Below, one piece after another: positions 49,497 to 63,645 of a stretch of 64,000 bases of DNA; within the stretch, counting starts at the first letter, position 1, and the number at the start of each line of letters is the position of its first letter. Source of the DNA: Podarcis pityusensis (Eukaryota). The DNA lies in the NCBI GenBank assembly GCA_964106645.2, contig OZ067046.1, one strand, 5' to 3'. The translations under genes were made by a program, and so were the position numbers. The notes under the pieces are model-generated. The model saw nothing but the letters and a program-made list of their open reading frames with translations, was not told the DNA's origin and did no database searches.

Positions 49497-52400
49497 CAGT
49501 TTCCATGCTATAGGGAGACAGGGATGGCCCACCCACGAAGCAAGGTGAAGCAACAATTTCAGGCAGCAAGATCCATAGGGGCAGCAGATCCAGCCTCCAA
49601 GGAATGCATTGCCAGCTGTGACATGCTCCTTGGAGACTGGATCTGCCGTCTCCTTGGCATCCCTCAACCCCAATGCCACCTCTACAGTGGCCTCTTGGGG
49701 AGTAGGAGGCCCTGCTGGTCTTCCCCCACCCTTGTGTCTAATGTAGATCTTTATCCCACCCCCTGATGTAGATCTACACTTAACTCTTCTTCCCTGGTGG
49801 ACATGGGGAACTGTTTGCTTCAGGCGACAAAATGTCTTGGGCCAGCCCTAGGCAGAGCCATTGCACTAGCTTCCTGGCAGGTGGGTTGCTTACTTAGAGA
49901 GAAGAGACAGTAAGGAGGTTAAACTTTGATTTTGCTGTTGCATTTACCCTGCTGCCTTGCCCCCTCCTTCCTGAGAAGCAATAGCAGCCTATCTACCGGG
50001 AATGTAGTATGGCGTCTCTGCTCCAGCCAATGAGCCACCTCTAAGTATGACATATTTCAAAACTGAGGGAAGCTGACACACCCGGCAGAAGGCTAGAACC
50101 CTTTACCTTCACAAAAGGTTTTTGCATAGGGAGGATGATCATTCAAACCTCTGATTCTCAGCTTGCTGTCTGAACTGGTACAGTGCAAGGAAAGACTACG
50201 CCATGTGATATTTCTGAATGTGCAATTCAACTCTAAGTGTACATTTCTCATACTGAGATGCTTCCTTGTTCTGTCCAGCATTTAGCATACATATACTTAA
50301 ACTGCCCATTTAAATTCTCACACTAGGCATTTAAACACATTTAACATTAAATTAGCTACATTGAATTCTTTCTCAGCATGTTTCAAAAGCCTTTTCTTTC
50401 AGCTTTTGATGCTAGATTCTAGAATCTAGAACAGCATCTCAGCTAATAAAAAAACTGCTTTCAAACTTCAGCTTTTCAGAATGTCACAGAAAAGTTGTAT
50501 TTTGCATGACTCACCTTTCCTGTTTGAGGCAACCCATCTTATAATTTTCTCCATGCATTGCAGCTATCACTTTGCAAACTCTTTGTACTGTTTCTTTGTT
50601 TTGTTTTAACCTTGGCAGTGCACACTTCTTTATTTATTTGCAGGCTTTTGAAATGTTACAGTTATAGCATATCAAGAAGAATTTACTGCTCAGCGAGGGA
50701 TAGGTATTAAGTGTGCATCTGTAAGCAGTTTATTCTTCTCATTTTGCAAAGATAATGTGCCATTGTTAAACTGTCATCACTTGTATGATTGAGACTCATT
50801 AAGAACTACTTACTGGTAGCAGAATTTGACACAGCACATCTGCTGAAGATGATATTCCTAGAATTTATTTCCAGGAAGATGAACGATGTGTCTATGATGC
50901 TGCATAAACATATACATTCATGCAAATGTGGTCATCGGTAGTACTTACTGGGTTAAATGTTTATTTGTAGCATCTACATCTGTTAGAGGTTTCATGATTT
51001 TGGTAAAAGAGGCATTTTATACTTGCCATTTAAGTGTGCAAAAGTCACAGTCAGTATTTAATCAGTGTGGTCCAGTGGTCCACATGATTCCATTTGACCA
51101 TGTTATAATAACACAGGGAAGGCAGAGATTGCAGGCCCTTCAACATGTCCCAGGTGAAAATAGGGACATGTCATTTCCTGTGTACTCCATAGTAAGGATC
51201 ACTGCCTGAGCCTATTATCACACATTGCTGAAGGCTCTAGTCACCCAGCTGTATTTGTTTACTCTGAAATTGCCTGCCCTTCACTGATTTAGAAGCCAAG
51301 ACAGCGCCTGTTCTTTTGTTTAACTTGTGTTTTGTTTTAATTATATCTTTATCAGCAGTTCAAAATACAGTACAGCTGCTGCAGTCTGCAAAATGTTTGG
51401 CTGCACGCTGCCTTAGCGTTCATGCACATCTATTTACATGCCTGTACATTAATGGCAAGCTGCATCCACACAAACATCCCACATGCATACTTAAGAGAAT
51501 TACGTTATATCACACTACAAACATTTGCACAAGACGCCACCAAAAGGCAAAAATAGGATCCAATATATATAAAAAAATAGGAACTGATTTTGCTAAAGGG
51601 TATGGGACCATAAAGTCTACTGCATGCTATAAATCAGGGTTGGGAACATCTGTCCCTCCAGATATTGTTGGCCTCTAACTGCCATTAGCTGTTAAGGCGA
51701 AGGATCACAGATGATGGGAGCTGTAGTCCAGCAACACCTGGAGAGCCACAAGCTCCACACCCATTGCAGGCAACTGGACTGGGTGACCATAGGGTCCCAA
51801 TTCCATGGTTCTATGGTGGATCGCCCTCATTTCCATAGAGACGATTCATAGTGCACTGGATCCTCCATCTCCTTGCCGTCATTAAACTAGTTTGTTCCAA
51901 GCAGAGCTACCAAATTCATAGCTGAAAGTATGAATTTACCTGAAAGTCTTAAGTCTTGTTTGCTGCAAAAGACTAATATGGCTACTGCCATTTGCACGGC
52001 AGAAGGAGTAATTACAGTATGGAGCTGCAATAGTGCCTTGCCTTCTCCGGCCCTTTGCAGTAGTGTGTTAAGCATTAGGAGATAGAGGATTTGTCTCGTT
52101 GCTTGTTCTTCCCCAGCCCTTGACACCTATTAAAGAGAGAAAGCCCTAGCCATTTTGAAAATTCCAGTCTGGTCACAGGGAATACTTGAGTCTGTGGTTG
52201 TTTAATTTAATGGTGCACTGTAGAGGTTGCACACAACTGCTTTTCCTAGATGTGGGTAATGATCATCTGATTGCATTGCACTTATCCTTAGGTCTTCTGA
52301 TAACTAGGAATGCATTAAGCCTCTATATTCAAACTTGTAATCTACTAAAATAGGCTCGTTTGGAGCAGAACTGACCATTGGACAGTGCCTGTCATTGAAC

Positions 52401-53617
52401 ATAGTGAGGAAAGAATAACAGTTTCTGAGACAAATTCCTTTTAGGGCAAATACTCTTTTCTTCCAGTGTTTATATGGCAGTCCTTAAAATTATACCTGTA
52501 AATGATGCTGATTCAGCATTCTTATACCTTAACAGAAGTATGCTGGTACTGTTTCCAAAGGGTTATGGAAAGCAGTTCACTAATCATTGGTCTTACAGAG
52601 AAAGACTCAGCAGTCAGGATGCGTTGTATGTTTTCTCATTCAGTATGTCATTGTATTGTTTTTGCTTGCACAATGAATAATACCAGATATCCTTGGGAAG
52701 ATAGAACACTGCTTAACTCCCTATTAGGGAGACACTGTTCAAACATCAGCCTCACCCGAGTTTTACTTCTCATGCAGTTTATAAGCACAAGTAGTTATAT
52801 TATTGTTAAATTAAACCCTTAGACCAGAAAATTACTTTAGGAGGGAGAAGGAAGTACAGATATTGCTACCAACTGTCCAGAAAAATAACAGCTTAGCCCT
52901 GTTCTCTTTCTTTATCAGAGGTTTGAGATACAGAAATCAGCAGCATGGAGGTAAATATGACCATCTGCTCATGCTGAAGATCAAATACTTTTCAAAGGAC
53001 AACTTCAGGGCCAGTTCAAATGTTGTCAAGTGTAGTGGAAGTGACTTCCACTTCCTGTTCTTCATACTTCTCTTAGTGAGCACAGATTAGCAACTTACCA
53101 GGTTCTTAAGTGTTTCAGTAGAGACAGTAGAGACAACTGGCTTGGTCTTATTCTGAGGTTGCTACTGGTCCACCCCTGGTTACTAGCTTGTGGAGTGATG
53201 TTTTTTCCTCCATGCATTGCTGTACTAGTTTTCTCACTAGCTGAGGATGAGAGATAGTCACTTGCTTAACGTTAGAGAGGATGAGCAGCAAAATAGTGAA
53301 GGAGTGGTCACCTTCTTTATATCCAAACTGTGTGATCTCATAAAGCCACACAGCCTTGCTGTGTTCTCCAGGGGAAAAAGGAGGTAGCTCTACAGTGGTG
53401 CAATCCAGAGATACAACTAAAGCCTTCTGATATGATTAGATAAAAGATTAATAAAGTTAGCAGCATATCCCTGGTTCAGAAATGGTGGATAATGTTACCC
53501 TATTGCTTAATCTGGGTTGTGCATAATGTTGGGTGCCCAAATGTCTACTTATGAAATATTCTTCTGAATCATCAACAATCCACTGGTTTCCTTTTTGTCT
53601 TTTTATCATTGCTTTAG

Positions 53618-53782
53618 GTTTGTGACTTGTCGTTCAGCCTGAAGAAAATGCTGATCCGGCACAAACTGACTCACAATCCCAATCGCCCCATGGCGGAATG
53701 CCAGCTATGCCACAAAAAGTTTACAAGAAACGACTACCTCAAAGTACACATGGAAAATGTCCATGGAGAAACTGACAGCTAA
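53618..53782 (+). CDS. PRDM5: PRDM5 last coding exon (165 bp including stop; ~exon 16): [54 protein letters not shown]
   Basis: Pyrimidine tract plus ttAG acceptor. Completes the finger begun in the previous exon. TAA at 53780-53782. The C-terminus matches PRDM5. Confidence 0.97.
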   Translation, partial: VCDLSFSLKKMLIRHKLTHNPNRPMAECQLCHKKFTRNDYLKVHMENVHGETDS

Positions 53783-55880
53783 TTTTGGCTTGCACGAAAG
53801 AGTGTCTAGTGTTTCCTTTGTAGGAGTATAAACTCCAGACTTCTCACCTGATTAGTGAACACAAGACACACACACAAAACTCTAATGTGTTCACATAATC
53901 ACTTTTTTCATGGTGTCTTGTATTTCTGTTCAGACAAAAAAGAAAAAGAGTACCCTAAATTACATGAGGCTACATCAACATAAGTTTGCATACTGTGGGT
54001 GGATTTATAAGACCATTTTAGAAGGGCAAATTGTCACCCAACACCATCGCCATTCTGTTATAGGTAAGAGTTCTTTCTAAATGCTCTATCATGTGGTGAA
54101 GTAGATAGTTAACTAAAACTGCAATCCAAAGCACACTTACTGGGTGTAAATTCCAGTCTGCTGTTCCAGTAGACATGCTTAGCTTTGCACTGCACAGGGT
54201 GTAAATGTTTTGTTGCCAGGATATGGGGAAACAGTTGCTTTCTCTAAGAAAACAATCAGTGAGTTCTCTGAAATAATAGTATAAACTCACTGTATCTCAT
54301 TCCTCAGACATTCTCACAGTCTAGTTTGAAATTTTACATATTGAGGATGGTGCTTTGAATTACCTTAATCCACCTCATAATTACACATGATTGGGTTCCA
54401 TAGAAAGCATGGGGACCTCAGCAAATGTCACCCTAGGATAATAAAGTACCGGTAAGTACCCTGTACTGGTAACTGAGAGATTGCTAAGTCTGTGCAGCAC
54501 TTTATTACGCTTTAGTAATATTATAATAGTGGCTAGATTTTTATTAACCCGGTAAATTGACTTCAATTCTGTTAACCAGCATGGCTCCTGCAAGCAAAGT
54601 TTACTCTGGTTTATACATGTTTTGATTAAATTCAGAACTGATATTGAAATACTAGAATATTTTTCAAGTGTCACTGTGCTGTGGAGAATGAGATATGGGG
54701 ACATGCTGTCTCAACTGCTTCAGCATGGTTTATTACTTTGGGTTGCTATTGTGGAAGGCAAATCAAAAGCAAGCAATGTGAGTAATTTTTGTTGAAATGC
54801 TACGTTAGCACTAATGCAATATTTGTAAATGCCAGTGCCAGAGGAAACAAAATCTCAGAATGGTATTCAACATCTGATTAAGTCAAGGAACATGTAATTA
54901 AATTGCTAGGAAGAATTTTTACCCCATGGAATTCTGCGGAGTTTAGAGTTAGGCTTGTGCAATGAATCTGTCATTCATATTCTTTTTAAAAAAATATTAT
55001 TATTTTAAAGACCAAGACTGGGTTATGAATAATTTGCTAACTACATTACTTTTTCAGCAAGTAGTTTGTCATAATTATTAATGGAAAGCCTGTAAATTCT
55101 CTTACTTGGATAAGCCAGTTAATGTTCAAGGAAGCAAATAATGCACCAAGGTGTCATCTTTGTAGGAAACAAAAGTTTTTTAATAAATTTGGTTCTAGGT
55201 TGATATTCTTTAAACAGTTTTGTCTACACTACAGCTTCCTCTTTGGAGTTTGCTGCTCATGCACCAACAAATAGGCTACAAAAGATTTTTGAGCTGTCAC
55301 AGACACAATCAGGAGGTATTTTTTGTGTCCCTTCTGTAAGTGATATAGACTACTGTAAGGTAGGTCAGACATATTTTACAAGTTGCCGCTTCTGTGTAGA
55401 TGTAATTTGAGATTCATTGTTCTGTCAAGTCTAGTTTGAGATCTTCATAAACGAACTTTCAGCTGTCAATTGCACTGACAGGCACACATGGGATTTCTAG
55501 TTTAAAAGGCTTATAGTAACTGATTTTATTGAATCATGTCATTTGTATTTAGCAGTTATCACTCACTCAAGCATATGGCTGTGTCAAGAATAGTCCAATC
55601 AGTTTTGCTAGTGCAAAGCCATGGAGCTCCGTGAAGCCTGAAGTATCAGTTCTGCAGCTGTACAATGAACACAACCAAATGGACTATCCAGACAGAAAGC
55701 CAGAGAAAGGAAGAGATTGGATATTGTATACTGCAGAAGTCGCTCTTACAGTAAAACATGTGTGTGTGTTGTAAACATGGAAATAAAAATCACAAGAAAC
55801 AAACACATACACACAATCCTGACATTCCACAAAGAGGATGCATCACTAATTAAAAGTGTAATTGACAAATGCTTTAAAAA
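53783..55880 (+). other. PRDM5: Probable PRDM5 3' UTR (~2.1 kb)
   Basis: Follows the stop codon. No repeats that I recognise until ~55900. Candidate poly(A) signals lie near its end. The end point is inferred. Confidence 0.55.
55782..55854 (+). terminator. Candidate polyadenylation signals: AATAAA 55782-55787 and ATTAAA 55849-55854 (a more proximal AATAAA lies at 55182-55187)
   Basis: Hexamers read directly from the sequence. They sit just before repeat-derived sequence resumes. Confidence 0.45.
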
Positions 55881-58800
55881 AGTTTATTTAAGAATATAAG
55901 AAAGATGCTATGCCCATTTAGTTCAGCATCACGTTCTCATAATGGTCAACCATATGCTGGTGGGAAGACCACAAGCAGGTCATGAGGACCATAGCAATCT
56001 TCTGACTGGTGCTCAGAGGCATGCAGCCTCTTGATACTGGAGGTAGTACAACTCATAGACTCTGAAAGAAAAAGAACACAAAGTCCTTCAGTGGAGTTTT
56101 CTTTGATAATTTTTCACTAAACCAATGGTAGCCAATTTGTTGCTCTCTAGATATTGTGGACTATAACTCCTATCATCCATGACCATTGGCCATGTTGGCT
56201 GGAGCTGGACACCACTACCCTTTGACTACCCCTGCACTGATTATTCTAAGGCTGGCCACTCCTCCATAGAGGCAGCATTCAGGAGGAACCTTTCTAATAC
56301 CCTAGAGATGGCCAATCCCAAAGGGAAATTCTGGTTTACCATAAATTAACAACCCTGCAAGTACTCCTAGGACAACTTACACACTTTGGCTTAGGTGGTG
56401 GCCGGGCTTCTTTCATCAAGTTCTAACCTGTTATCATTGAATTTGTGGCAGAGTCTGGTTTGATGTTCCTGTATTGTCCTCTCTATTTCATTAAATAATG
56501 CTGGAGGTCGAAGGTATGCTCCCAGATGTGGTTTAAGGCAAGGATGCCTTTGGCATAGTCAAAGTTTTTCCCGCTCTCTGCCATGAGAAGGTCACCTTCA
56601 TGAATTAGAATTTATTGCAAATCAAAATGCCCTTTTTTCACTTGGTCTTTTAATTTCAAATGTAGGAGAAGCAAACAAGGGCACTTTCCCCTCCTCCCCC
56701 CCCCACCGTCTTACAACTCAGTAGTTAATGCAGTATTGAGTGTTAAGTGACACATTAAGTGTCACTTTCCCTGTTTCTTGTTAGTTCTGCTCATGTGACA
56801 TTCATCTTTCAGGCAATTGAGGTGATGGTTAACCCTTGGTTATGTCTCGGGTTACAAAAAAAGTGAGCTCAGAGACTTTGCATGACATGAACTCTTATCA
56901 TCACCCTTCAGCGACAAAAGAACACAGGAAGGGAACAGCCACCTAGAATGACAGCGATAGGGAGAAGCCCAGATACTCCCAGTTCCCACCACAGATTCTA
57001 TCTGAAGTAGGTGAGACTACATTCCTGTGCCTCGTGATCTGGCTCTGGCATGAGATTAGCTACCCTGAGATCAGCAGGGCACTAACAGTATGAGGGAGAG
57101 GAAGGAGGCAAAGTGAAAACCTGGATGCATTTAATGTTTGGGGAAATGGCTAACATGGAGAGACAACTGAGTGAACTGCTTTGATGCATATTTCCTTTCA
57201 AAGAGATTTATAGTGTGTGAAGTTCTGAGGCCACACCAGAGACTGCAGCTGAAAGAAGCCAGGCAAAAGACTAGGTCTGCCTGAACTAAAACGAAGCATT
57301 TTTAAAGGGGGGGGGGGCATATCTATGGAACATAGGACACTTACTGTTTCTTTTGTCCCTTTGAGGACCAGTTCTCCAAAATGCTTTAAGTAGCTCTGTG
57401 GATATAACCGTTATCGAGGAAGAAGTACATCACCGGCTGTGATCATGTTTACAGTCACTGTGCCTCTGCAATGTTTCGTGCAAACAAGGCAGCTGAAAAA
57501 TGTGCCATGATCACACCAATGAATGCCCCAAAGCAGCATCTGTCAGTGTGGCAGACTTGCTGATGAGAATCCTTCCTTCATAGGATTGCGTCCATGACAG
57601 ACAATGTACTTTTGTACTCCAAATCTTTCATAATTTTAAACACAACTACAGCTTCTTTAACACTGGATACAATCTCTTGGATACACGCAGGGCTCGTCAT
57701 ATAACAATTTTGTAGCAGCAACGGGATAACTTCCCGCTTTAATTGATTCCTTTACAAGAGCATTGGTCCAGCACAGTTAATGGGATAATTGGTAACATGA
57801 TATTTTATGCATTCATTCATTCTTTTCTTTTCTTTTTAAAAATATCCTGCCAGTAAGAATTGCTTTCAGGGCAGCCAACAACACATGATAAAGCAATTAG
57901 TAACATAAAATCAAAAGCAGTAAATAGTAGGATTAGAAACAGCAAGATTTGAAACAGATAAGCTAAAACCACAAGATAAAAACTCACCCCAGCCAACATT
58001 TAGGAAGGTGCCTTATAGAAGTCACAGACTATTGGCCCATCTAATGCAGGTTTTTTTTCTGCACTGGCTGGGAGAATCTCAGCAGGATTTCAAACAGGGT
58101 TCTTTCCCCAGCCCTACATGAAGATGAACCTGAGTTCTTCTGTGTGCAAAGGATGGGTTCTGCCACTGAATTAGGGCCTGGGAAAATAAAACTGTTTCCT
58201 GATGCTTGAAGAGACTTGAGTAGGTGCCAGCCAGCAAGCATCACAACTGTCAAATGGGTGTTGGAAAGAGCAGCACTGTGCGAGAGAAGGCCTTGCTTCA
58301 TAAGGCAAACCAATGAATGCTTAAGTGCAGAGGCTTCACATTTTTATTCAAAGAAAACTGTATTTTATTATGTGGCAAGGCCCTGCTACAGCTTGGAGTG
58401 TTGTCTTTCTTACGTGCTGCCCACAAGTACTCGAGTGGCACAAAAGGGAAAGTGTTCATTCAGGAAAGAACTGAATAAAATTAAGAAACAAGTCCACTGT
58501 GGAAAGTACTAACTAAATAAACGGTGCTCAGTTTGTTCATGTGACATTGACATATCTGTGGGTGATATTCCAAGTTAGTCATACAGGAGCCCCAATGAAA
58601 TTGACAGACAGGTAATTTAAGTCCATTGATTTCACAGGGTTTGCTCTGAGTCTGACTAACATTGGATACCACACTATAGCTATATACTGAGAGAAAGGGG
58701 GCTATAAATTCCCTTTGGATTCTGAACAGTGGAAATATGCCTGCACTATTTGCAAAAATCCAAAGATCAAAAATCAGTAGGCAGGGACTGTGGACTTTCC

Positions 58801-59521
58801 TCAAAGAAGGTTCTTGAATAATGGGATTGTTTTTCTTCTCTGAGGAAAGAGGCTGTGTGTTTTCAAATCCACAATCTCATTTCCAGTTTAAACAGCTGTT
58901 CAAACACAACTGGAGGAAAATTTGAAGCAGGTTCTGTAGCAGCATTCTGTCAGGATTAACAGGTTACTGTGGACCTTGATCACTTTTAACTCTCTCAGTT
59001 CTATTTTTCCAATAAACTGAACAGACAAATATTGCAGCCTGAAATATATCTGTTTGGGAACAGAATAATTTAAAAGTTGCAGTAACCATAAGTGGAGTGA
59101 TACGTTCTGGTGTCAGGGTTGGGAGTTTTTACCTTTGTTTTCTGTGTCACATGCATGCCACAACTTGTAAATATAACATATGAGAATAAAGAAGCCTCAA
59201 CCCATTAGTGATCATAATATCAATATACATATGTAGCAGGGATTTTGTGGAATGGATCATCTTTCAGGTCCAGTAATCATCTTGTTCTGGCAGTCCTTCT
59301 GTATCTTAACATAGGAATTTGCCAATATTCCAAGTCAAACCATTGTCCCATTTAGCTCAGTATTAGCCACCTCTCCATGGTTTCAGCAAGATTTCCAGGG
59401 ATTGAACCTGGAACCTTTCTTTGGGTTCAGAACCATGCATAGTCCAATGAGTGTTGCCCTTTTAATATCTCTGAATGCATGGTCAGGTTGTTCTCCAACC
59501 ACTTGTACTGAACCTGGACTC

Positions 59522-60070
59522 CCCCAATCAATCCAATCCAATCCAAATAACTTTACTGAACTAGCCATTGGCCATGACAAATCTGAATCAAAAATAAATA
59601 CAAGCAAAAGGGATGTAGTGCCACAAATAATGGTCTCTATTTAGATCTCTGTGTCTCCCTTGCAGTTCACTGCTATATTGTCCAGGGTTTTCTTTCTGAT
59701 CTTTTTGGCCGCCAAAGCAAAAAGGGTGACTTTATGAGTCACTGAAGCATTTACATCACTAAGAAGCCATAGGGCCTTCTCTGTCGGGGAGAGACCTCTT
59801 TCATGTACGGATGGTAAGGTGAGAAATTGCCTCCTGGGTCCAATGTATAGTGGGCAATATAGCAAATAGTGCAATATGTCTTCCACCTGCAGTTGCCCAC
59901 ATAACACAGAGTCTGTCTTTGTATGGTACCCTGTTATATCATCCATCTAAGACGGGGGAAGGCATAGCTTGAAAATGCAGCTCAGTAAAAGCGAATCTAA
60001 GTGAGGCTGGCTGGAGATTCAACAGGTAGCTGGCTCTAAAATGGACTGTTTTTAGAAAGAGGAACCAAGG
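59522..60070 (-). mobile_element. LINE 3' fragment with a C-terminal zinc-knuckle-like motif (RTE-X-like)
   Basis: Minus strand reads LRFAFTELHFQ...CGQLQVEDILHYLLYCPLY to a stop at 59641, then a short UTR and an (ATTGG)n tail. Confidence 0.7.
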
Positions 60071-63000
60071 AGGAGTGCAGTGTAGGCACTCTTTTTCCTG
60101 TCAATAACTCCCTTCAGTGGTGGGAAGGAATGTGATGAAAATTTCTGCCCTCTTATATCTTAGAGCTTAATGGCCAGTGGAGAGCTCCGCAGGGAAACTG
60201 GGTCTTGTGATCATTCTTCTCACTTTCCTTTAAAACTGATTCATGTTAGTGAATGCCACAACTACCAGAGGCTAGCAACTTTATTCTCCTCCTCTGCAAG
60301 AAATTAAAAGGGATCTACTACACCACCTCAGTCAGGATATGGCAGCAGTTTGAAAGCACACTGCCCACAAAGGACCTTCTGAATTTCATTGTGAAGCCCG
60401 AGTCAAGGGTCAAGCAAAACCAGCTTGTGGTGGCCTGAGGTGTGAAAGTTAGCTGAGAGACCAAGGCAAAGATGTGTTTGAAGCAGCACCTCACCTGCAT
60501 TGCACGGCAATGAAAAAATGAGAGTTCACATTCCTCTTCTTTTTCCTCTCTCTGGAAATGATTTCAACAAGGCCTGATAATGCATTTTCAACTCCTTTGT
60601 TTTTATATGTGAAATAGCTTTCATTATTCTTTTTAGTCTTTTCCATGGGCACTCAAGTCAAGGCCTGCAATATGTATTTACTTCCTTGTTTTGTTGTTTT
60701 GAACTAGGTGCTCATTAAAGCAGGAAAGGATATATTAAGTCTACATTTAGGACTACAAGGACGCCATTTCTTTCTTCATCAAATTGGCTGTCGTGGTTCA
60801 AAAGCTTTCTGTGAAAAAGAAGGAGGAACCTCTGTAGTCAGACATGTCTTCCCAAAACCAGTTCAGAACAGGGCCAGGCTGGACTTGTGGAGCTCCTGTG
60901 TTTGCTCCAAATGGTTGTGGTAACAGACTTTGCTTATTGAAAAAAGCAAAGCTAGATAATGCAGCTGGCCTTGGCTGATCTTTCTCCACCCACTATCCCT
61001 CCTTGATAACATTTTGAGAAAAACCAGAACCACAAAAATACACTTTCCCCCTGAAGCAAAAAAAAAAAAAATGCATCACAGATGGCTCCTTGGGTTTATA
61101 TATTCTCTTTCTGATTTGCTGTAGGTGAATCCACAGCTGTTGTTGATTTTGTGACTAAATTGATAAGCACAGCTCAAGTGCCATTCAAGAAGTTAGAAAA
61201 TATATACACATTACATAGCGTTGGCTTTTTTTACATACATAAGAATAGATCCCTTGCCCCTCATGAATGCATTTTATATCTGAGGCTGCATCTTTTAGGG
61301 TACCCATCTGAAAAAAGGAATGATTTCATTATGTTTTATGTTCATCTGCTAGGATGATTTACAAAAGTACTTAAATCATTCTTCATTTTCCTAATTAGAA
61401 AATGTTCTCTTACCAATTCATCATTCAAGAAGCCTTTGCTGAAAATAAGTCTGTGATTGTTTTGGTGATGTAGTATATTCCTGATAGAACACTTAGTTCT
61501 GTTTTGCTATTTTCTACATGGTTCATTGGAAGGCTCTCTCAATCTTGACTACAGAAAAATATGAACCAGGCTTCCAGAACTGTGTCGTCCTATTGATGGT
61601 TGAGATTGTGCCTGGGATAATGTGCTTCCTGTTGTCCAGCACCGCAGTGTGTAAAACTGCACAATAGCCATGCAGGGCCTGCCCTATAAAAGGTAGAGTG
61701 AGGCAATTGTTTCAAAAGACTAATAGTTCAGGTACAGCTGTAGCTGTCTCTGGCTATTCCGCCACATAGCCTCTTTTGGGCCACCTAATCTGGCCTTGCT
61801 GCTTCAGGTGTGCTGGAGGATGCTATCCCATCACCACCATTGAACTAAGACTTAGCTGCATGTCCAGTCCACCTCTGTACATGATACTGACGGGGGCCAT
61901 GATCTTGTCCTTTGTCTCAGGCTGCAAAATGTGAAGCCAAACCAAGCAGCAGATGAATCGTGGTGGCATTTGGAACCAGGATGTGGTAGCCAGCAGGGAG
62001 TGTAGTGGCTTGGCGGTTATCAAAGGCCTTTGCCCAGTTTACAGCCTATCCTCAAATATGATAGGAAATAGGCATGCTGCTCATGTTCCACATTTCTCAA
62101 TGATTTAGGCATAATTGTGGTAAATTCATGTTCTTCAAAATGCCTTGCAGAAGGTAAAAATCCTAGAGTTTCCCAGTGCTTCCTTGATCTCCTTTCACTG
62201 CCTGGCCCACTGAGGACGAAGCATGTGGTCACTGTGCAGAAAGACAGTGTGACAGACTTTCTCAATGGATGAGTCATAAGAGCAAAGGGTCTTTTCCGTA
62301 ACTGCATCACACTTCACTTCACTTACCTCCTCATGTTTCTCATATTGCATTTCCACTCAATCATCCTTTCAGCTGCTTCTTTTTACATCTTCATTTTCAT
62401 CATGCTTAGGTAGTCTGAAAGGTTTCGGTATTGTTCTAACTGGAGCTCATGCAGAAGCATGTTAATAAAGCCCCCGCCGCTGCCGCCTGACAAGGTACAT
62501 GAAGTGGAACAGTTTGGTCTGCAGCAAACAGATGGAAGAAACAGGGTTGTGTGTGATGTAAGATGTATCCAAATGTGGAGGATCTTGCCCATTTATCATA
62601 GGAGACTGCTGACAAACAAGTGACAGTAATGAATGTGCCTCTTGAGATGCAATCTAGATCTCCTGTAGCCAAGGAAAATCTATCCATTGGCATGTTAGTG
62701 GCGAATAGCTGCCTTGCTTAATTGATTTCCAACTGTACTATATTAGAGGGCAGCAACAGTGAAAAACATACCGCTGAATTAACTGTGTGGAATTGGCGAG
62801 TACCATCCTACTGCCTTGTCACACTAACTGCTGAACAGTCCATTGCAAGGGCCCTTTTTAATGGTATGCAGTGACTAGGCCAGGTTTCAGAGGCAGTATA
62901 TCTATGGATAGCAGCTTCTGGGAGCAGCCACAGTAGGGAGTAAGAGCCTTTATATCCTGCTTGCGGACTTCTCAGAAGAATTTCATTGGCCACTGTAGAA

Positions 63001-63584
63001 AACACGATACTGATGGGAGCAGTGGATGTGATCCAGCAGGGATCTTTTTGTGTTCGTTATCTGAACTGGATGTGTTATTTGCTCATGAGAATTCACATGA
63101 GCTACCTGCTCAGCGGCTCTTTTAACAATGTATGTGAATATGGTTCTTTTTTGTACTTTTTTAAAATAAAAAAATCATGTTGGATTGAAATGCAATTCAG
63201 ACAATAATTTGCATGTTATGAAACCTCAGCACTTGCTGGTCTGTAAGTACCCATTGTGTTGTGAAACAGCAGAAAAAAACAGCCTTATGAGATTCAAGTG
63301 TTCTGTGTTAACACACAATTTATGCATACTTTTTTTTTTTAAAGCGCATTTATAGTGCAAAGCAATTTGGTCATACTTCTCTTGATTCAGTAGGCTCATA
63401 AAATACAGCATGAATCTTGAATGTCATTTATATTTGTTTTGAGTAGGGGAAGAGAGCTCATATTTCTCAAACACATATTTGTCAAACTAATTGTTGTTGG
63501 AAATGAATAATTCACGTTTTTGTCCCAGACATACCATGTCAGGTCCAAGAGCTTTGGAGGTGGGGTGCTTTAGATGACCTTTGT

Positions 63585-63645
63585 ATAATCATAATCATAA
63601 TCATAATCATAATCATAATCATAATCATAATCATAATCATAATCA
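63585..63645. repeat. (ATAATC)~10 hexamer repeat, tail of an L2 element
   Basis: Read directly. Confidence 0.95.

Noticed and set aside
49350-49766. ORFs with poly-Cys/Phe and poly-Glu/Ala runs
   Set aside because: These are translations of the (GCT)n(TCT)n tail of a SINE.
50412-50429. 18-bp perfect palindrome CTAGATTCTAGAATCTAG
   Set aside because: A 9-bp arm is not unexpected by chance in 64 kb of AT-rich DNA, and there is no supporting context.
56745-56767. 9-bp stem hairpin AAGTGACAC-ATTAA-GTGTCACTT
   Set aside because: Too short to distinguish from chance.
55900-63580. Search for a second gene downstream of PRDM5
   Set aside because: No exon-like ORF with protein similarity. Blocks near 57660-57800, 60420-60620 and 62440-62760 look unique but cannot be called without alignments.
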